From: a virus
Length of the DNA: 64,000 nt
Reading direction: 5' to 3' (one strand)
Virus record (IMG/VR): IMGVR_UViG_3300027718_000185
In this document: piece by piece, positions 59,366 to 64,000 of the stretch
Layout of the letters: every line of letters begins with the position of its first letter
How positions within the stretch are numbered: the stretch's first letter is position 1
Position numbers and translations under genes: made by a program
The notes under the pieces: generated by a model
The model's input: only the letters and a program-made list of their open reading frames with translations
What the model was told of the DNA's origin: nothing
Databases searched by the model: none

Positions 59366-59872
59366 ATGAAAAGAATTTTATTAATTGCCTCTTATTTTCC
59401 TATTGCTGTTTGGGCTTCTGTTTGTGAAGTACCTAAAGATCAAATCGTAATTGCTGATGTTGGTCTTGGGCATGATGTTAGGAAATTAGAAAAATATAAG
59501 GTAGAAATAGATAATAAAGTTTGGAATAAGAATAATAGTAAGTTTGGGGAAGCTCTTATTGGTCCTAAAGTTGAGAAATATTGGCTATTAGGAACACCAG
59601 TTCGATCTTTTAGTTATATTCAGTATTATAAACGTAATTATCTTATTTCTGGTTATAGTGTGAATTTTAATTTGGATGATATTAACCACATTAAGTTAAG
59701 AAAAATTCTTACAGAGTTATATGGATTACCTAAATCTAATTGGAAAATAAAAAAAGGTGTTGATGGAAAATACGGTGAATTCGTTGATCAAAAATATGAA
59801 TGTGATAATTATACAATTCTTATTAATTCAGGTTCAGCTGCTGGAAGTTTTATGGTGATCGACGAAAAGTAA
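59366..59872 (+). CDS. Hypothetical secreted protein
   Basis: Signal peptide MKRILLIASYFPIAVWA. Confidence 0.55.
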   Translation: MKRILLIASYFPIAVWASVCEVPKDQIVIADVGLGHDVRKLEKYKVEIDNKVWNKNNSKFGEALIGPKVEKYWLLGTPVRSFSYIQYYKRNYLISGYSVNFNLDDINHIKLRKILTELYGLPKSNWKIKKGVDGKYGEFVDQKYECDNYTILINSGSAAGSFMVIDEK

Positions 59873-60111
59873 TTTTTAGTTCCAAAACCCGAAAATATAT
59901 ACGGTTTTTTATTATTTGGAGTAAAGTTATTATCCTTTGGGTGGTTGCTACGATTGCAAAAGGGAATAAATGTGCTGCTAAAGTTGATGTATGGATAGAA
60001 ATAGGAAAAGCCCTCAAGTGAGGGCCTTAGTAATTTATTAGAGATGTCCGAAAGAGTAGTACTCTAAGGTGCTTTCCAAATTTGTCCTGTTTCTTATAAA
60101 AGTATATTTAG

Positions 60112-60173
60112 TTGACAAATATTAATTTTAGCAATAAAAGTTGGTTGACAGAACAACTATTTAGCAATAAATA
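60112..60173 (+). promoter_or_regulatory. Tandem promoter-like repeats upstream of the HEPN gene
   Basis: Two TTGACA (60112, 60145), each followed by TTTAGCAATAAA (60127, 60160). Confidence 0.45.
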
Positions 60174-60189
60174 ATAATTTGGAGGGGAT

Positions 60190-61145
60190 ATGACAATTCT
60201 TCAAAATGCACTAGATTCAATTGCACTTGGGATTGAAGATTATGAATTAGCAGAAGCTGACGAACGAAGATTTATTTCATGCACAAGAAATGTTTTTGCA
60301 GGAATACTTTTACTTTTTAAACATCAGCTTAGTCAATTGAGTCCTAAAGATTCCGATGAAGCTCTTATTAAACAAAAAATTGTTCCTAGATTAGAGGATG
60401 GAGAGTTAATTTGGATTGGTGAAGGTAAAAAAACAGTAGATGTACAAGGGATTAAAGATCGCTTCAAAAGCTTAAAAATAGAAACAGACTGGAAACGTTT
60501 AGATGAAATTAATAGATATAGAAATGATATAGAGCATTATCACTCACAAGTTTCCTCTGGTACCGTGCAAAAAATGATATCTGACTCTTTTTTGGTAATA
60601 GTAAATTTTATAAGAGATTATTTAGAAAAGGATCCCCGAGAGCTTTTAGGTGAGGAAATATATGATGTAATGCAGACAATAACAGAAGTTTATGATCAAG
60701 ATAAAAAGTTTTGTATTGAGCGGTTAGAAACACTCACTTTTTTTAATGAGAAAATTCGTAATGTGTTATTTGAAGCAAGTTGCTTGGAGTGTGGCTCCAA
60801 ACTTATTAATCCTACAGATCAGGACGTAAATGCTGATAGTTTAAGTTTTATTTGTAGATCTTGTAATCATGAAGTTGATTATGAAGAATTTGTAACAAAA
60901 AATTTTGAAAAAAATATTCACTAAGTTACAGAGATATTACTAATGGTGAAGAAGATATTAGCTGTAATTGCCCTGAATGTGGAGGATACTTTCTATATCA
61001 AGAGGGCGTTTGTGTGGCATGTGGTTACGAAAATGATTTAATTTGTGAGTTTTGCGATGACAAAGTTCATCCATCAGAGGTTGAAGTATTTGAAGGACGT
61101 TGTTCATATTGTAATTATAAGTGGGAAAAAATGATGGCTGAGTAA
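60190..61145 (+). pseudogene. HEPN-like RNase + multi-Zn-ribbon protein split by an A7 run (pseudogene, slippage or sequencing error)
   Basis: Rx4H motif RNDIEH; frame ends at 60924; -1 frame continues CPECG...CVACG...CEFC...CSYC to TAA at 61143-61145. Confidence 0.65.
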
Positions 61146-61159
61146 AATAAAGAAGCACC

Positions 61160-62074
61160 TTAAGCTGCTTCTTTATTTTTGACTTCATTCTTAAATGCCT
61201 GAGCCATAGTTGTCATGGTTTCTATTGCTTCCTTAGCAAAATTGACATCTGCATTTTTTAGGAGATAAGTTTCTGGCCATTTAATTTCAGAGCTAAGCTG
61301 TTCTAAAAGTATACTGAAGTCTTTGTCACCTTTTTCAACGGAAACAAGATAGATAAGCATATATTTATCAAAAATAGACTTAATTTTTGTAAGATAAGTT
61401 GCGGTATCTGAGAAGCTTTTATATTGACGAAGATACCAAGCGCTGAGAAATTCAATGAAAATGAAAACTAATGAAGTAGAAATTATCCCATAGATATGAT
61501 GATTTTTAAACTCACTTACATATGTTAGAAAAAGTTGCCAGAGAATTGTAGCTACAATAAAATAAAAAATTCCAATAACTGAGTAATATTTTCCATTATC
61601 TAAAAGTAAAGATGCTTTTTTATCTGAGTCAAAAGCTTTAGATTCAAGTTTATTTATAATATTTGTAAAGTAGATTTGAAATGATAAATTTCCATCTTCT
61701 AATTTTTTATTTTCTAATATAACTCCAGATAAGTTATCATTAGGCGATATAATTGATTCCTTTTTTTGATAATTTAAATCTTTAAAACTAGCAGACTTAG
61801 ATGAAGCACTATCATCAATTGATGATAAATTTTTTGTATTATTTTTTAGAAAAATCATAATAGCTTGAGTTGTGGGTATACCTATCATAATAGTTCCGAA
61901 AAAAGAGAACATAAATTCTGTATAGTTTAAATATGGGAAAAGAGCTTCACCTAGTTGATATGAGTTACTAAAAATAAACAAACCAATTGTTAAAAATATT
62001 ACATTAGAAAAAATTTTAAAAGTTACTATTTCCTCATTGTTCTTTTTTTTCTTTGAATCACCACTAGTATTCAT
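61160..62074 (-). CDS. Four-TM membrane protein
   Basis: Two N-terminal and two C-terminal hydrophobic helices. Confidence 0.6.
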   Translation of the reverse strand: MNTSGDSKKKKNNEEIVTFKIFSNVIFLTIGLFIFSNSYQLGEALFPYLNYTEFMFSFFGTIMIGIPTTQAIMIFLKNNTKNLSSIDDSASSKSASFKDLNYQKKESIISPNDNLSGVILENKKLEDGNLSFQIYFTNIINKLESKAFDSDKKASLLLDNGKYYSVIGIFYFIVATILWQLFLTYVSEFKNHHIYGIISTSLVFIFIEFLSAWYLRQYKSFSDTATYLTKIKSIFDKYMLIYLVSVEKGDKDFSILLEQLSSEIKWPETYLLKNADVNFAKEAIETMTTMAQAFKNEVKNKEAA

Positions 62075-62218
62075 ATATCTTCCTTAACTATGCTTCAAAA
62101 TTTAAAAAATAAAATAAATTTATTAATAATACAATAATATAGAGTAGAGTTCTAGAATTAATAACTCATTGCTTAACTATAATTTTTAAAGATCAGGATA
62201 CTGATAGGTGAAACAAAT

Positions 62219-63259
62219 ATGTCATTTGTAAAGTATAGAGAAGATATGCCAAATTGGTTTAAAATTGATAAATATATGGGAAAAGTTGAAAGTGCAAAAA
62301 CTATCCTTCTAAATCTTGTATATAGGCGTGTACTTTTCCTAATTATAAATGATCGACTTAAAATTAAAGTTGTTGATAATAAACAAACGTATGGACAAGA
62401 GTGTATCTTGGAATTGAGAGGCTGCTTAAAAATTAACAGAGAATTCTTTCCTTTTAGTAATGAGGAAGCTAAAAGTAAAATAATAGAAGAAATGTTTAGT
62501 AGTATAAAAAATAATTATTTATTAGTATTTGATCGTCAGAATTACACGGATAATTTATTTTTTAAGCCAATCGATATGTGTTTTGAAATATATGCATATA
62601 GTCAAATTACAAGTTTAAATGCCAATACTATTAAAGAACTAACGCCAATAGAACTTGGTGAAGAGTATTTTAGATTTCCTAAACCTCATAGACACATTAT
62701 TAAACAACAGATATGTGCATTAAGCTCAATTCGATCTAAGGATAACGAAGAAGAATTATTGAATCATGAAATGTGGTATGACGTCGGAGGTAAAGAAGAG
62801 CATTTTGATGATTGTAGAAATTCTAGCTTTGATTTTTATATCAAAAATATGAAAGGAGGAATTTTGGATAAGAATCCTATTATAGAGGTCGATTTGAGAA
62901 GTACAAATGCAGTACTTTTAAGAAATTTTGAAGAATGGTTGATACAGAAGAGAAGGCAACTTGCAGTAAATAAAATTTCATATAAAGATGAATTACTTGA
63001 TAATGACCCAAGAACTTTAGTTAAAAAAATAAATGATTACCGTGTGTTAGCTTATATTGATTTATATTTATGGGAAATGATTTATGGCCATAGAATCAAA
63101 AAATCAGTATTTGCAATATCTCTTTTTCCCAATGGGGAAAAAGGGGAAAACTTCTTTAAAACCTTAGAAGCCCTTACAGCAACCCTCCTCTTGAATCCTT
63201 TTTCTCAAGAAAATAGAAGACTAGTATCTTTATATAATTTGGAAAAAATGGGAAGTTAA
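62219..63259 (+). CDS. DUF6387-like protein typical of integrative elements
   Basis: MPNWFKIDKY N-terminus; DLRSTNAVLLRNFEEWL...YRVLAYIDL. Confidence 0.55.
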   Translation: MSFVKYREDMPNWFKIDKYMGKVESAKTILLNLVYRRVLFLIINDRLKIKVVDNKQTYGQECILELRGCLKINREFFPFSNEEAKSKIIEEMFSSIKNNYLLVFDRQNYTDNLFFKPIDMCFEIYAYSQITSLNANTIKELTPIELGEEYFRFPKPHRHIIKQQICALSSIRSKDNEEELLNHEMWYDVGGKEEHFDDCRNSSFDFYIKNMKGGILDKNPIIEVDLRSTNAVLLRNFEEWLIQKRRQLAVNKISYKDELLDNDPRTLVKKINDYRVLAYIDLYLWEMIYGHRIKKSVFAISLFPNGEKGENFFKTLEALTATLLLNPFSQENRRLVSLYNLEKMGS

Positions 63260-63419
63260 TTTTTTCCATTTTTTTTAATAAACAAATTTTCAATTTTTTT
63301 CTCTTTATTTATTAGAAAATACACCTATGAACTTTTGTTCATGTAAGTGACATATTGAATTAAGGCTTATCGGTGGTGATGAAATTCTCAATTTTAAGAA
63401 AACAGTCAGTAGTGACTGA

Positions 63420-63686
63420 CTATTTAACATTTTTTTTATTGTCAATATCTTTGACAGAAACGGTAAGAACATACCCTGGCATGCGGTTGACCAATTCCAT
63501 CATTAATAACTCAGTTGGGATTGTTTCAACTTTCTCATCTAATTTGAAATTAGAAAAACTCTCTTCCAATCTAGCCACGATATCCGCATTCATAGATCGA
63601 TTTAGTTCTTTAGCTGACTCTGCAATCTTATCTTTTAATTCTTGCGGCATTCGAACTTTGTACTCTACCCCTAGATGTTTACTCAT
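63420..63686 (-). CDS. arc: Arc-family ribbon-helix-helix repressor
   Basis: YKVRMPQELKDKIAESAKELNRSMNADIVARLEESF. Confidence 0.85.
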   Translation of the reverse strand: MSKHLGVEYKVRMPQELKDKIAESAKELNRSMNADIVARLEESFSNFKLDEKVETIPTELLMMELVNRMPGYVLTVSVKDIDNKKNVK

Positions 63687-63729
63687 AAAAGTGGATCCAA
63701 CCTCAGAAAATTATTTTTTATAATAATAA

Positions 63730-63793
63730 ACCCCATTGGGGTTGACAAGTGGTAGGAGAAATAATAAATTTCAAAAACACCCCAGTGGGGTGT
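63730..63793 (+). promoter_or_regulatory. Antirepressor promoter with two palindromic operators
   Basis: ACCCCATTGGGGT (63730-63742) abutting TTGACA; -10 TAAATT at 63765; ACACCCCAGTGGGGTGT (63777-63793). Confidence 0.7.
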
Positions 63794-63859
63794 AAAAACG
63801 CCCCGAATAATCTTGGCGGATCTCGGGGCGAGTTACCAATCTTCAGCGAGAAAACTGAT

Positions 63860-64000
63860 ATGAACATTTTAACATTCAATACTGTAACATTACATCCTAT
63901 ACAACAAAATGACGAACAAGTTTGGATCACATCTTCCGAATTAGCACAGGTTTTAGGTTATAAACAGGAAAATGCTGTTAGTAAAATTTTCAATCGTAAT
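63860..64000 (+). CDS. Bro-N / antirepressor-like protein, truncated by window end
   Basis: MNILTFNTVTLHPIQQNDEQVWITSSELAQVLGYKQENAVSKIFNRN. Confidence 0.75.
   Translation, partial: MNILTFNTVTLHPIQQNDEQVWITSSELAQVLGYKQENAVSKIFNRN

Larger units (their letters stand above)
32..59872. mobile_element. Lambdoid siphovirus-type prophage (Acinetobacter-like); ends approximate, att sites not identified
   Basis: Ordered int-xis, immunity, replication, Q, head, tail and lysis modules with no host housekeeping genes in between. Confidence 0.93.

Noticed and set aside
63373-63930. ORFs 63373-63723 (+) and 63718-63930 (-)
   Set aside because: Shadows of arc and of the promoter/antirepressor start

Overview
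Most of the window (~1-59.9 kb) is an apparently complete lambdoid, siphovirus-type temperate prophage. Its gene families and AT-rich composition resemble Acinetobacter prophages (inferred from recalled families, not from a database search). Gene order: integrase/excisionase, early left operon, cI/cro/cII-like switch with visible TAGCA-N2-TGCTA operators, replication initiator with iterons, Q-like antiterminator, terminase/portal/capsid, tail (GGGAAAG chaperone frameshift, tape measure with SLT domain, J-like tip), two tailspike/depolymerase-like genes, holin, GH108 endolysin and a small lipoprotein. Accessory cargo is unusually heavy and sits in two main hotspots. (1) Between pL and cI: a stand-alone HsdR-N-like gene and a three-gene Lamassu/ABC-3C system directly downstream of cI. 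(2) An ~11 kb block wedged between the Q gene and its putative late promoter: an EVE-HNH nuclease coupled to a stand-alone MazG C-terminal domain, a Zn-finger unknown plus membrane protein, an McrBC/LlaJI-like restriction pair with an SsoII-like HTH-C5 methyltransferase and Vsr, a transglutaminase-like protein and a NucS-like nuclease. The right end (~60-64 kb) holds a HEPN-Zn-ribbon gene split at an A7 run, a membrane protein, a DUF6387-like gene and an Arc/antirepressor module, probably the start of a second element. Best candidates for undescribed systems: the EVE-HNH/MazG operon, the transglutaminase-like/NucS-like pair, the Zn-finger/membrane pair and the frameshifted HEPN gene. All family calls come from motif recognition by eye. 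No rRNA, tRNA, CRISPR array or att site could be supported.
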